A stretch of 64,000 nucleotides of DNA, from contig OY986950.1 in assembly GCA_963920595.1 (NCBI GenBank), forward strand, positions 4,898,001 through 4,962,000, in the 5' to 3' direction. Below the pieces are notes generated by a model. It did no database searches, was not told the origin of the DNA, and saw only the letters and a program-made list of their open reading frames with translations. Shown here piece after piece: positions 14,901-29,879 of the stretch. Position numbers and translations under genes: made by a program. The stretch's first letter is position 1, and each line of letters begins with the position of its first letter. This DNA is from Eimeria praecox (lineage: Eukaryota).

Positions 14901-17900
14901 ATGTTTGCGGGTGTGTTGGTTTGGGTGTATGCTGGGATGTGGGTGTTTTTGTTGCTGATTCGGGCGCTAAATGTTGGATGTGAAAATGGACATGTCTGTG
15001 TGGAGCGGTTGACGTTGGTGTGGTTTTGGGGTGGTGGGCTTGTGCGCAGCGAGAGGCGGTGGGTCGCGCTTGAAGATATGTTTGGGGATGGCATGGTTAT
15101 ATTGTGCATGCGGATGGGTGTGGGATGGTTGGATGTTTGTGGGGCTGTTAGTGTGATATGAGGTTGGGTTTGGGATGCATTTTAGCGTTTGTGCGTGTAC
15201 ATGTGTGTGGGTTGGTAGAATACGATAGCTGGTAGTGTTTGTGGGTGTGTTAGTTTGTGTGTATGCTGGGATGTGGGTGTTTTTGTTGCGGATTCGGGCG
15301 TTAAATGTGGGATGTGAAAATGGACCTGTGTGTGTGAATTGGCTGACGCTGGTGTGATGTTGGAGGTGGTGTGCGTTTACAGCAGCAGGCGGTGGGTCGC
15401 GCTTGAAGATATGTTTGGGGCTGGCATGGTTGTATTGTGTATGTGGATGTGTTTGGGATGGTTGGATGTTTGTGGGGCTGTTAGTGTGATATGAGGGTGG
15501 GTTTGGGATGTATTTTAGCGTTTGTGGGTGTACATGTGTGTGGGTTGGTAGAATATGATAGTTGGTAGTGTTTGCGGGTGTGTTAGTTTGTGTGTATGCT
15601 GGGATGTGGGTGTTTTTGTTGCGGATTCGGGCGCTAAATGTGGGATGTGAAAATGTGCATGTGTGTGTGGTGTGGTTGACGTTGGTGTGGTTTTGGGGTG
15701 GTGGGCTTGTGCGCAGCGAGAGGCGGTGGGTCGCGCTTGAAGATATGTTTGGGGCTGGCATGGTTGTATTGTGTATGTGGATGGGTTTGGGATGGGTGGA
15801 ACGTTTGTGGGACTGCTAGTGTGATATGAGGGTGGGTTTGGGATGCATTTTAGCGTTTGTGCGTGTACATGTGTGTGGGTTGGTAGAATATGATAGTTGG
15901 TAGCGTTTGTGGGTGTGTTAGTTTGGGTGTATGCTGGGATGTGGGTGTTTTTGTTGCGGATTCGGGCGTTAAATGTGGGATGTGAAAATGTGCATGTGTG
16001 TGTGAATTGGCTGACGTTGGTGTGATGTTGGAGGTGGTGTGCGTTGACAGGAGCAGGCGGTGGGTCGCGCTTGAAGATATGTTTGGGGCTGGCAAGGTTG
16101 TATTGTGTATGTGGATGTGTTTGGGATGGCTGGATGTTTGCGGGGCTAATAGGGTGATATGAGGGTGGGTTTGAGATGCATTTTAGCGTTTGTGCGTGTG
16201 CGGATATCCTGTACATGTGTGCGGGTTGGTAGAATATGATAGTTGGTAGTGTTTGTGGGTGTGTTAGTTTGTGTGTATGCTGGGGTGTGGGTGTTTTTGT
16301 TGCTGATTCGGGCGTTAAATGTGGGATGTGAAAATGGACATGTGCGTGTGGAGTGGTAAACGTTGGTGTGATGTTGGAGGTGGTGTGCGTTGACAGGAGC
16401 AGGCGGTGGGTCGCGCTTGAAGATATGTTTGGGGCTGGCATGGTTGTATTGTGTATGTGGATGGGTTTGGGATGGTTGGATGTTTGCGGGGCTAATAGGG
16501 TGATATGAGGGCGGATTTGGGATGTATTTTAGCGTTCTTGTGTGTGCGCATATTCTGTACATGTGTGTGGGTTGGTAGAATACGATAGTTGGTAGTGCTT
16601 GTGGGCGTGTTAGTTTGGGTGTATGCTGGGATATGGGTGTTTTTGTTGCTGATTCGGGCGTTAAATGTGGGATGTGAAAATGGAGATGTGCGTGTGGAGT
16701 GGTTGACATTGGCGTGGTTTTGGGGTGGTGGGCTTGTGCTCAGCGAAAGGCGGTGGGTCGCGCTTGAAGATATGTTTGGGGCTGGCATGGTTGTATTGTG
16801 TATGTGGATGTGTTTGGGATGGTTGGATGTTTGTGGGGCTGTTAGTGTGATATGAGGGTGGGTTTGGGATGTATTTTAGCGTTTGTGGGTGTACATGTGT
16901 GTGGGTTGGTAGAATATGATAGTTGGTAGTGTTTGCGGGTGTGTTAGTTTGTGTGTATGCTGGGATGTGGGTGTTTTTGTTGCGGATTCGGGCGCTAAAT
17001 GTGGGATGTGAAAATGTGCATGTGCGTGTGGAGTGGTAAACGTTGGTGTGGTTTTGGCGTGGTGGGCTTGTGCGCAGCGAGAGGCGGTGGGTCGCGCTTG
17101 AAGATATGTTTGGAGATGGCATGGTTGTATTGTGTATGTTGATGCGTTTGGGATGGGTGGAATGTTTGCGGGGCTATCAGGGTGATAGGCGCGTGGATTT
17201 GGGATGTATATTAGTGTTTGTGCGTGTGCGGATATTCTGTACATGCGTGTGGGTTGGTAGAATATGGTAGTTGCTAGTGTTTGCGGGTGTGTTAGTTTGG
17301 GTGCATGCTGGGATGTGGGTGTTTTTGTTGCGGATTCGGGCGCTAAATGTTGGATGTGAAAATGGACATGTCTGTGTGGAGTGGTTGACGTTGGTGTGGT
17401 TTTGGGGATGTGGCTTGTGCGCAGCGAGAGGCGGTGGGTCGCGCTTGAAGATATGTTTGGGGCTGGCCTGGTTGTATTGTGCATGTGGATGGGTGTGGGA
17501 TGGTTGGATGTTTGTGGGGCTGTTAGTGTGATATGAGTGTGGGTTTGGGATGTATTTTAGCTTTCTTGTGTGTGCGCATATTCTGTACATGTGTGTGGGT
17601 TGGTAGAATATGATAGTTGGTAGTGTTTGCGGGTGTGTTAGTTTGTGTGTATGCTGGGATGTGGGTGTTTTTGTTGCGGATTCGGGCGCTAAATGTTGGA
17701 TGTGAAAATGGACATGTGCTTGTGGAGTGGTAAACGTTGGTGTGGTTTTGGGGATGTGGCGTGTGCGCAGCGAGAGGCGGTGGGTCGCGCTTGAAGATAT
17801 GTTTGGGGCTGGCCTGGTTGTATTGTGTATGTGGATGGGTGTGGGATGGTTGGATGTTTGTGGGGCTGTTAGTGTGATATTAAGGTGGGTTTGGGATGCA

Positions 17901-20900
17901 TTTTAGCGTTTGTGCGTGTGCGCATATTCTGTACATGTGTGCTGGTTGGTAGAATATGATAGTTGGTAGTGTTTGCGGGTGTGTTAGTTTGGGTGCATGC
18001 TGGGATGTGGGTGTTTTTGTTGCGGATTCGGGCGCTAAATGTTGGATGTGAAAATGGACATGTCTGTGCGGAGTGGTTGACGTTGGTGTGGTTTTGGGAA
18101 TGTGGCTTGTGCGCAGCGAGAGGCGGTGGGTCGCGCTTGAAGATATGTTTGGGGATGGCATGGTTGTATTGTGCATGTGGATGTGTTTGGGATGGTTGGA
18201 TGTTTGTGGGGCTGTTAGTGTGATATGAGGGTGGGTTTGGGATGTATTTTAGTGTTTGTGCGTGTACATGTGTGTGGGTTGGTAGAATATGATAGTTGGT
18301 AGTGTTTGCGGGTGTGTTAGTTTGTGTGTATGCTGGGGTGTGGGTGTTTTTGTTGCGGATTCGGGCGTTAAATGTGGGATGTGAAAATGTGCATGTGCGT
18401 GTGGAGTGGTTGACGTTGGTGTGGTTTTGGGAATGTGGCTTCTGCGCAGCAGCAGGCGGTGGGTCGCGCTTGAAGTTATGTTTGGGGCTGGCATGGTTGT
18501 ATTGTGTATGTGGATGGGTTTGGGATGGTTGGATGTTTGTGGGGCTGTTAGTGTGATATTAAGGTGGGTTGGGGATGCATTTTAGCGTTTGTGCGTGTAC
18601 ATGTGTGTGGGTTGGTAGAATAGGATAGTTGGTAGTGTTTGCGGGTGTGTTAGTTTGTGTGTATGCTGGGATGTGGGTGTTTTTGTTGCGGATTCGGGCG
18701 CTAAATGTGGGATGTGAAAATGGACATGTGCGTGTGGAGTGGTTGACGTTGGTGTGGTTTTGGGGATGTGGCTTGTGCGCAGCGAGAGGCGGTGGGTCGC
18801 GCTTGAAGATATGTTTGGGGATGGCATGGTTGTATTGTGCATGTGGATGTGTTTGGGATGGTTGGATGTTTGTGGGGCTGTTAGTGTGATATGAGGGTGG
18901 GTTTGGGATGTATTTTAGCGTTTTTGCGTGTGCGCATATTCTGTACATGTGTGCTGGTTGGTAGAATACGATAGTTGGTAGTGTTTGTGGGTGTGTTAGT
19001 TTGGGTGTATGCTGGGATGTGGGTGTTTTTGTTGCTGATTCGGGCGTTAAATGTGGGATGTGAAAATGTGCATGTGTGTGTGAATTGGCTTACGCTAGTC
19101 TGATGTTGGCGGTGGTGTGCGTTTACAGCAGCAGGCGGTGGGTCGCGCTTGAAGATATGTTTGGGGCTGGCATGGTTGTATTGTGTATGTGGATGGGTTT
19201 GGGATGGTTGGATGTTTGTGGGGCTGTTAGTGTGATATGAGGGTGGGTTTGGGATGCATTTTAGTGTTTGTGCGTGTACATGTGTGTGGGTTGGTAGAAT
19301 ACGATAGTTGCTAGTGCTTTTGGGCGTGTTAGTTTGGGTGTATGCTGGGATGTGGGTGTTTTTGTTGCGGATTCGGGCGCTAAATGTTGGATGTGAAAAT
19401 GGACATGTCTGTGCGGAGTGGTTGACGTTGGTGTGGTTTTGGGAATGTGGCTTGTGCGCAGCGAGAGGCGGTGGGTGGCGCTTGAAGATATGTTTGGGGA
19501 TGGCATGGTTGTATTGTGTATGTGGATGTGTTTGGGATGGTTGGATGTTTGTGGGGCTGTTAGTGTGATATGAGGGTGGGTTTGGGATGTATTTTAGCGT
19601 TTGTGCGTGTACATGTGTGTGGGTTGGTAGAATATGATAGTTGGTAGTGTTTGCGGGTGTGTTAGTTTGCGTGTATGCTGGGGTGTGGGTGTTTTTGTTG
19701 CGGATTCGGGCGTTAAATGTGGGATGTGAAAATGTGCATGTGCGTGTGGAGTGGTTGACGTTGGTGTGGTTTTGGGAATGTGGCTTCTGCGCAGCAGCAG
19801 GCGGTGGGTCGCGCTTGAAGTTATGTTTGGGGCTGGCAAGGTTGTATTGTGTATGTGGATGTGTTTGGGATGGTTGGATGTTTGTGGGGCTGTTAGTGTG
19901 ATATTAAGGTGGGTTGGGGATGCATTTTAGCGTTTGTGCGTGTGCGCATATTGTGTACATGTGTGCTGGTTGGTAGAATATGATAGTTGGTAGTGTTTGT
20001 GGGTGTGTTAGTTTGGGTGTATGCTGGGATGTGGGTGTTTTTGTTGCGGATTCGGGCGTTAAATGTGGGATGTGAAAATGTGCATGTGTGTGTGAATTGG
20101 CTGACGCTAGTGTGATGTTGGCGGTGGTGTGCGTTTACAGCAGCAGGCGGTGGGTCGCGCTTGAACATATGTTTGGGGCTGGCATGGTTGTATTGTGTAT
20201 GTGGATGGGTTTGGGATGGTTGGATGTTTGTGGGGCTGTTAGTGTGATATGAGGGTGGGTTTGGGATGCATTTTAGTGTTTGTGCGTGTACATGTGTGTG
20301 GGTTGGTAGAATATGATAGTTGGTAGCGTTTGTGGGTGTGTTAGTTTGTGTGTATGCTGGGATGTGGGTGTTTTTGTTGCGGATTCGGGCGTTAAATGTG
20401 GGATGTGAAAATGTGCATGTGTGTGTGAATTGGCTGACGTTGGTGTGATGTTGGAGGTGGTGTGCGTTGACAGGAGCAGGCGGTGGGTCGCGCTTGAAGA
20501 TATGTTTGGGGCTGGCATGGTTGTATTGTGTATGTGGATGGGTTTGGGATGGTTGGATGTTTGCGGGGCTAATAGGGTGATATGAGGGCGGATTTGGGAT
20601 GTATTTTAGCGTTCTTGTGTGTGCGCATATTCTGTACATGTGTGTGGGTTGGTAGAATATGATAGTTGGTAGTGTTTGTGGGTGTGTTAGTTTGTGTGTA
20701 TGCTGGGATGTGGGTGTTTTTGTTGCGGATTCGGGCGTTAAATGTGGGATGTGAAAATGTGCATGTGTGTGTGTGAATTGGCTTACGCTGGTGTGATGTT
20801 GGAGGTGGTGTGCGTTTACAGCAGCAGGCGGTGGGTCGCGCTTGAAGATATGTTTGGGGCTGGCATGGTTGTATTGTGTATGTGGATGGGTTTGGGATGG

Positions 20901-23900
20901 TTGGATGTTTGTGGGGCTGTTAGGGTGATATGATGGTGGGTTTGGGATGCATTTTAGCGTTTGTGCGTGTACATGTGTGTGGGTTGGTAGAATATGATAG
21001 TTGGTAGTGTTTGTGGGTGTGTTAGTTTGTGTGTATGCTGGGATGTGGGTGTTTTTGTTGCGGATTCGGGCGTTAAATGTGGGATGTGAAAATGGACATG
21101 TGCGTGTGGAGTGGTTGACGTTGGTGTGGTTTTGGGGATGTGGCTTGTGCGCAGCGAGAGGCGGTGGGTCGCGCTTGAAGATATGTTTGGGGCTGGCCTG
21201 GTTGTATTGTGTATGTGGATGGGTTTGGGATGGTTGGATGTTTGAGGGGCTGTTAGTGTGATATGAGGGTGGGTTTGGGATGCATTTTAGTGTTTGTGCG
21301 TGTACATGTGTGTGGGTTGGTAGAATACGATAGTTGCTAGTGCTTTTGGGCGTGTTAGTTTGGGTGTATGCTGGGATGTGGGTGTTTTTGTTGCGGATTC
21401 GGGCGCTAAATGTGGGATGTGAAAATGGACATGTGCGTGTGGAGTGGTTGACATTGGTGTGGTTTTGGGGATGTGGCTAGTGCGCAGCGAGAGGCGGTGC
21501 GTCGCGCTTGAAGATATGTTTGGGGATGGCCTGGTTGTATTGTGTATGTGGATGTGTTTGGGATGGTTGGATGTTTGAGGGGCTGTTAGTGTGATATTAA
21601 GGTGGGTTGGGGATGCATTTTAGCGTTTGTGCGTGTGCGGATATTCTGTACATGTGTGCTGGTTGGTAGAATATGATAGTTGGTAGTGTTTGTGGGTGTG
21701 TTAGTTTGTGTGTATGCTGGGATGTGGGTGTTTTTGTTGCGGATTCGGGCGCTAAATGTGGGATGTGAAAATGGACATGTGTGTGTGAATTGGCTTACGC
21801 TGGTGTGATGTTGGAGGTGGTGTGCGCTGACAGGAGCAGGCGGTGGGTCGCGCTTGAAGATATGTTTGGGGCTGGCATGGTTGTATTGTGTATGTGGATG
21901 GGTTTGGGATGGTTGGATGTTTGCGGGGCTAATAGGGTGATATGAGGGCGGATCTGGGATGTATTTTAGCGTTCTTGTGTGTGCGGATATTCTGTACATG
22001 TGTGCTGGTTGGTAGAATATGATAGTTGGTAGTGTTTGTGGGTGTGTTAGTTTGTGTGTATGCTGGGATGTGGGTGTTTTTGTTGCGGATTCGGGCGTTA
22101 AATGTGGGATGTGAAAATGTGCATCTGTGTGTGTGAATTGGCTTACGCTGGTGTGATGTTGGAGGTGGTGTGCGTTTACACCAGCAGGCGGTGGGTCGCG
22201 CTTGAAGATATGTTTGGGGCTGGCATGGTTGTATTGTGTATGTGGATGGGTTTGGGATGGTTGGATGTTTGTGGGGCTGTTAGTGTGATATTAAGGTGGG
22301 TTGGGGATGCATTTTAGCGTTTGTGCGTGTGCGCATATTGTGTACATGTGTGCGGGTTGGTAGAATATGATAGTTGGTAGTGTTTGTGGGTGTGTTAGTT
22401 TGGGTGTATGCTGGGATGTGGGGTGTTTTTGTTGCGGATTCGGGCGTTAAATGTGGGATATGAAAATGTGCATGTCTGTGTGTGAATTGGCTGACGTTGG
22501 TGTGATGTTGGAGGTGGTGTGCGTTGACAGGAGCCGGCGGTGGGTCGCGCTTGAAGATATGTTTGGGGCTGGCATGGTTGTATTGTGTATGTGGATGTGT
22601 TCGGGATGGTTGGATGTTTGTGGGGCTGTTAGTGTGATATGAGGGTGGTTTTGGGATGTATTTTAGCGTTTGTGCGTGTACATGTGTGTGGGTTGGTAGA
22701 ATATGATAGTTGGTAGTGTTTGCGTGTGTGTTAGTTTGTGTGTATGCTGGGATGTGGGTGTTTTTGTTGCGGATTCGGGCGCTAAATGTGGGATGTGAAA
22801 ATGGACATGTGCGTGTGGAGTGGTTGACGTTGGTGTGGTTTTGGGAATGTGGCTTGTGCGCAGCGAGAGGCGGTGGGTCGCGCTTGAAGATATGTTTGGG
22901 GATGGCCTGGTTGTATTGTGTATGTGGATGTGTTTGGGATGGTTGGATGTTTGTGGGGCTGTTAGTGTGATATTAAGGTGGGTTGGGGATGCATTTTAGC
23001 GTTTGTGCGTGTGCGCATATTGTGTACATGTGTGCGGGTTGGTAGAATATGATAGTTGGTAGTGTTTGTGGTGTGTTAGTTTGTGTGTATGCTGGGGTGT
23101 GGGTGTTTTTGTTGCGGATTCGGGCGTTAAATGTGGGATGTGAAAATGGACCTGTGTGTGTGAATTGGCTGACGCTGGTGTGATGTTGGAGGTGGTGTGC
23201 GTTGACAGGAGCAGGCGGTGGGTCGCGCTTGAAGATATGTTTGGGGCTGGCATGGTTGTATTGTGTATGTGGATGTGTTTGGGATGGTTGGATGTTTGTG
23301 GGGCTGTTAGTGTGATATGAGGGTGGGTTTGGGATGCATTTTAGTGTTTGTGCGTGTGCGCATATTCTGTGCATGTGTGCGGGTTGGTAGAATATGATAG
23401 TTGGTAGTGTTTGTGGGTGTGTTAGTTTGTGTGTATGCTGGGAAGTGGGTGTTTTTGTTGCGGATTCGGGCGCTAAATGTTGGATGTGAAAATGGACATG
23501 TGCGTGTGGAGTGGTTGACGTTGGTGTGGTTTTGGGGATGTGGCTTGTGCGCAGCGAGAGGCGGTGGGTCGCGCTTGAAGATATGTTTGGGGCTGGCATG
23601 GTTGTATTGTGTATGTGGATGTGTTTGGGATGGTTGGATGTTTGTGGGGCTGTTAGTGTGATATTAAGGTGGGTTTGGGATGCATTTTAGCGTTTGTGCG
23701 TGTGCGCATATTCTGTACATGTGTGCGGGTTGGTAGAATATGATAGTTGGTAGTGTTTGTGGGTGTGTTAGTTTGTGTGTATGCTGGGAAGTGGGTGTTT
23801 TTGTTGCGGATTCGGGCGTTAAATGTGGGATGTGAAAATGTGCATGTGTGTGTTTGTGAATTGGCTTACGCTGGTGTGATGTTGGAGGTGGTGTGCGTTG

Positions 23901-26900
23901 ACAGGAGCAGGCGGTGGGTCGCGCTTGAAGATATGTTTGGGGATGGCATGGTTGTATTGTGTATGTGGATGTGTTTGGGATGGTTGGATGTTTGTGGGGC
24001 TGTTAGTGTGATATGAGGGTGGGTTTGGGATGCATTTTAGTGTTTGTGCGTGTGCGCATATTCTGTGCATGTGTGCGGGTTGGTAGAATATGATAGTTGG
24101 TAGTGTTTGTGGGTGTGTTAGTTTGTGTGTATGCTGGGAAGTGGGTGTTTTTGTTGCGGATTCGGGCGTTAAATGTGGGATGTGAAAATGTGCATGTGTG
24201 TGTGAATTGGCTGACGTTGGTGTGATGTTGGAGGTGGTGTGCGTTGACAGGAGCAGGCGGTGGGTCGCGCTTGAAGATATGTTTGGGGATGGCATGGTTG
24301 TATTGTGCATGTGGATGTGTTTGGGATGGGCGGATGTTTGCGGGGCTAATAGGGTGATAGGGGGGTGGGTTTGGAAATGTATTTTAGCGTTCTTGTGTGT
24401 GCGGATATTCTGTACATGTGTGTGGGTTGGTAGAATATGATAGTTGCTAGTGTTTGTGGGTGTGCTCGTTTGTGTGTATGCTGGGATGTGGGTGTTTTTG
24501 TTGCGGATTCGGGCGCTAAATGTGGGATGTGAAAATGGACATGTGCGTGTGGAGTGGTAAACGTTGGTGTGGTTTTGGGGATGTGGCTTGTGCGCAGCGA
24601 GAGGCGGTGGGTCGCGCTTGAAGATATGTTTGGGGATGGCCTGGTTGTATTGTGTATGTGGATGGGTTTGGGATGGTTGGACGTTTGAGGGGCTGTTAGG
24701 GTGACATTAAGGTGGGTTTGGGATGCATTTTAGCGTTTGTGCGTGTGCGCATATTCTGTACATGTGTGCGGGTTGGTGGAATATGATAGTTGGTAGTGTT
24801 TGTGGGTGTGTTAGTTTGTGTGTATGCTGGGATGTGGGTGTTTTTGTTGCTGATTCGGGCGTTAAATGTGGGATGTAAAAATGGACCTGTGTGTGTGAAT
24901 TGGCTTACGCTGGTGTGATGTTGGAGGTGGTGTGCGTTTACACCAGCAGGCGGTGGGTCGGGCTTGAAGATATGTTTGGGGCTGGCATGGTTGTATTGTG
25001 TATGTGGATGGGTTTGGGATGGTTGGATGTTTGTGGGGCTGTTAGTGTGATATGAGGGTTAGTTGGGGATGTATTTTAGCGTTTGTGCGTGTACATGTGT
25101 GTGGGTTGGTAGAATATGATAGTTGGTAGTGTTTGCGTGTGTGTTAGTTTGGGTGTATGCTGGGATGTGGGTGTTTTTGTTGCTGATTCGGGCGTTAAAT
25201 GTGGGATGTGAAAATGGACATGTGCGTGTGGAGTGGTTGACGTTGGTGTGGTTTTGGGGATGTGGCTTGTGCGCAGCGAGAGGCGGTGGGTCGCGCTTGA
25301 AGATATGTTTGGGGCTGGCCTGGTTGTATTGTGTATGTGGATGGGTTTGGGATGGTTGGACGTTTGAGGGGCTGTTAGGGTGATATTAAGGTGGGTTGGG
25401 GATGCATTTTAGCGTTTGTGCGTGTGCGCATATTCTGTACATGTGTGCGGGTTGGTAGAATATGATAGTTGGTAGTGTTTGTGGGTGTGTTAGTTTGGGT
25501 GTATGCTGGGAAGTGGGTGTTTTTGTTGCTGATTCGGGCGTTAAATGTGGGATGTGAAAATGTGCATGTGTGTGTGAATTGGCTGACGTTGGTGTGATGT
25601 TGGAGGTGGTGTGCGTTGACAGGAGCAGGCGGTGGGTCGCGCTTGAAGATATGTTTGGGGCTGGCCTGGTTGTATTGTGTATGTGGATGGGTTTGGGATG
25701 GTTGGATGTTTGTGGGACTGCTAGTGTGATATTAAGGTGGGTTGGGGATGCATTTTAGCGTTTGTGCGTGTGCGCATATTCTGTACATGTGTGCGGGTTG
25801 GTAGAGTATGATAGTTGGTAGTGTTTGTGGGTGTGTTAGTTTGTGTGTATGCTGGGATGTGGGCGTTTTTGTTGCGGATTCGGGCGTTAAATGTGGGATG
25901 TGAAAATGTGCATGTGTGTGTGAATTGGCTGACGTTGGTGTGATGTTGGAGGTGGTGTGCGTTGACAGGAGCAGGCGGTGGGTCGCGCTTGAAGATATGT
26001 TTGGGGATGGCATGGCTCTATTGTGTATGTGGATGGGTTTGGGACGGTTGGATGTTTGTGGGGCTGTTCGTGTGATATGAGGGTGGATTTGGGATGTATT
26101 TTAGCGTTTTGGCGTGTGCGCATATTCTGTACATGCGTGTGGGTTGGTAGAATATGATAGTTGGTAGTGTTTGTGGGTGTGTTAGTTTGGGTGTATGCTG
26201 GGGTGTGGGTGTTTTTGTTGCGGATTCGGGCGTTAAATGTGGGATGTGAAAATGTGCATGTGTGTGTGAATTGGCTGACGTTGGTGTGATGTTGGAGGTG
26301 GTATGCGTTGACAGGAGCAGGCGGTGGGTCGCGCTTGAAGATATGTTTGGGGCTGGCATGGCTCTATTGTGTATGTGGATGGGTTTGGGATGGTTGGATG
26401 TTTGTGGGGCTGTTAGTGTGATATGAGGGTGGGCTTGGGATGTATTTTAGCGTTTGTGGGTGTGCGCATATTCTGTACATGTGTGTGGGTTGGTAGAATA
26501 TGATAGTTGGTAGTGTTTGTGGGTGTGTTAGTTTGTGTGTATGCTGGGATGTGGGTGTTTTTGTTGCGGATTCGGGCGCTAAATGTGGGATGTGAACATG
26601 GACATGTGCGTGTGGAGTGGTTGACGTTGGTGTGGTTTTGGGGAGGTGGTTTGCATTGACAGGAGCAGGCGGTGGGTCGCGCTTGAAGATATGTTTGGGG
26701 CTGGCCTGGTTGTATTGTGTATGTTTATGGGTTTGGGATGGTTGGATGCTTGTGGGGCTGTTAGCCTGATATGAGGGTGGATTTGGGATGCATTTTAGCG
26801 TTTGCGCGTGTACATGTGTGTGGGTTGGTAGAATATGATAGTTGGTAGTGTTTGTGGTGTGTTAGTTTGGGTGTATGCTGGGATGTGGGTGTTTTTGTTG

Positions 26901-28540
26901 CTGATTCGGGCGTTAAATGTGGGATGTGAAAATGTGCATGTGTGTGTGAATTGGCTGACGCTGGTGTGATGTTGGAGGTGGTGTGCGTTGACAGGAGCAG
27001 GCGTTGGGTCGCGCTTGAAGATATGTTTGGGGCTGGCATGGTTATATTGTACATGTGGATGGGTTTGGGATGGTTGGATGTTTGTGGGGCTGTTAGTGTG
27101 ATATGAGGGTGGATTTGGGATGTATTTTAGCGTTTGTGCGTGTGCGCATATTCTGTACATGTGTGCGGGTTGGTAGAATATGATAGTTGGTAGTGTTTGT
27201 GGGTGTGTTAGTTTGTGTGTATGCTGGGATGTGGGTGTTTTTGTTGCGGATTCGGGCGCTAAATGTGGGATGTGAAAATGTGCATGTGTGTGTGAATTGG
27301 CTGACGTTGGTGTGATATTGGAGGTGGTGTGCGTTGACAGGAGCCGGCGGTGGGTCGCGCTTGAAGATATGTTTGGGGCTGGCATGGTTGTATTGTGTAT
27401 GTGGATGTGTTTGGGATGGGTGGAATGTTTGTGGGGCTGTTAGTGTGATATTAAGGTGGGTTTGGGATGTATTTTAGCGTTTTTGCGTGTGCGCATATTC
27501 TGTACATGTGTGCGGGTTGGTAGAATATGATAGTTGGTAGTGTTTGTGGGTGTGTTAGTTTGGGTGTATGCTGGGAAGTGGGTGTTTTTGTTGCGGATTC
27601 GGGCGTTAAATGTGGGATGTGAAAATGGACATGTGTGTGTGAATTGGCTGACGTTGGTGTGATTTTGGGAATGTGGTGTGCATTGACAGGAGCATTCTGT
27701 GGGTCGGGCTTGAAGATATGTTTGGGGCTGGCATGGCTGTAATGTGTATGTGGATGGGTTCGGGATGGGTGGAATGTTTGTGGGGCTGCGAGTGTGATAT
27801 GAGGGTGGATTTGGGATGTATTTTAGCGTTTTGGCGTGTGCGCATATTCTGTACATGTGTGCGGGTTGGTAGAATATGATAGTTGGTAGTGTTTGTGGGT
27901 GTGTTAGTTTGGGTGTATGCTGGGAAGTGGGTGTTTTTGTTGCGGATTCGGGCGTTAAATGTGGGATGTGAAAATGTGCATGTGTGTGTGAATTGGCTGA
28001 CGCTAGTGGGATGTTGGAGGTGGTGTGCGTTGACAGCAGCAGGCGGTGGGTCGCGCTTGAAGATATGTTTGGGGCTGGCATGGCTCTATTGTGTATGTGG
28101 ATGGGTTTGGGATGGTTGGATGTTTGTGGGGCTGTTAGTGTGATATGAGGGTGGGCTTGGGATGTATTTTAGCGTTTGTGCGTGTGCGCATATTCTGTAC
28201 ATGTGTGTGGGTTGGTAGAATATGATAGTTGGTAGTGTTTGTGGGTGTGTTAGTTTGGGTGTATTCTGGGGTGTGGGTGTTTTTGTTGCGGATTCGGGCG
28301 CTAAATGTGGGATGTGAACATGGACATGTGCGTGTGGAGTGGTTGACGTTGGTGTGGTTTTGGGGAGGTGGTTTGCATTGACAGGAGCAGGCGGTGGGTC
28401 GCGCTTGAAGATATGTTTGGGGCTGGCCTGGTTGTATTGTGTATGTGGATGTGTTTGGGATGGTTGGATGCTTGTGGGGCTGTTAGCCTGATATGAGGGT
28501 GGATTTGGGATGCATTTTAGCGTTTGCGCGTGTACATGTG
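5940..28540 (+). repeat. Middle satellite zone with 333-bp (13-bp deletion) and 250-bp (96-bp deletion) monomer variants and many local block duplications
   Basis: GCGTGT[GCGCATATTCTGT]ACATG is shortened to GCGTGTACATG from ~5949 to ~28,533. The 96-bp deletion junction GATAGTTGGT|GTGTGTGAATT occurs at ~9369, ~9965 and ~13,968. ORF-track offsets include 596, 1,030, 1,345, 2,026, 3,567, 3,657 and 7,224. Confidence 0.9.
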
Positions 28541-29879
28541 TGTGGGTTGGTAGAATATGAGAGTTGGTAGTGTTTGTGGGTGTGTTAGTTTGTGTGTATG
28601 CTGGGATGTGGGTGTTTTTGTTGCGGATTCGGGCGTTAAATGTGGGATGTGAAAATGTGCATGTGTGTGTGAATTGGCTGACGCTGGTGTGATGTTGGAG
28701 GTGGTGTGCGTTGACAGGAGCAGGCGGTGGGTCGCGCTTGAAGATATGTTTGGGGCTGGCATGGTTGTATTGTGGATGTGGATGTGTTTGGGATGGGTGG
28801 AATGTTTGTGGGGCTGTTAGTGTGATATGAGGGTGGGTTTGGGATGTATTTTAGCGTTTGTGCGTGTGCGCATATTCTGTACATGTGTGCGGGTTGGTAG
28901 AATATGATAGTTGGTAGTGTTTGCGGGTGTGTTAGTTTGCGTGTATGCTGGGGTGTGGGTGTTTTTGTTGCGGATTCGGGCGTTAAATGTGGGATGTGAA
29001 AATGTGCATGTGTGTGTGAATTGGCTGACGCTAGTGGGATGTTGGAGGTGGTGTGCGTTGACAGCAGCAGGCGGTGGGTCGCGCTTGAAGATATGTTTGG
29101 GGCTGGCCTGGTTGTATTGTGTATGTGGATGGGTGTGGGATGGTTGGATGTTTGTGGGGCTGTAAGGGGATAGGGGGGTGGGCCTGGATGTATTTTAGCG
29201 TTTGTGCGTGTGCGCATATTCTGTACATGCGTGTGGGTTGGTAGAATATGATAGTTGGTAGTGTTTGTGGGTGTGTTAGTTTGTGTGTATGCTGGGGTGT
29301 GGGTTTTTTTGTTGCGGATTCGGGCGTTAAATGTGGGATGTGAAAATGGACATGTGTGTGTGAATTGGCTGACGTTGGTGTGGTTTTGGGAATGTGGTGT
29401 GCATTGACAGGAGCATTCTGTGGGTCGGGCTTGAAGATATGTTTGGGGCTGGCATGGCTGTATTGTGTATGTGGATGGGTTCGGGATGGGTGGAATGTTT
29501 GTGGGGCTGCGCGTGTGATATGAGGGTGGATTTGGCATGTATTTTAGCGTTTTTGTGTGTGCGGATATTCTGTACATGTGTGCGGGTTGGTAGAATATGA
29601 GAGTTGGTAGTGTTTGTGGGTGTGTTAGTTTGGGTGTATGCTGGGGTGTGGGTGTTTTTGTTGCGGATTCGGGCGTTAAATGTGGGATGTGAAAATGTGC
29701 ATGTGTGTATGAATAGGCTGACGTTGGTCTGATGTTGGAGTTGGAGTGCATTGACAGGAGCAGGCGGTGGGTCGCGCTTGAAGATATGTTTGGGGCTGGC
29801 ATGGTTATATTGTACATGTGGATGGGTTTGGGATGGTTGGATGTTTGTGGGGCTGTTAGTGTGATATGAGGGTGGATTT

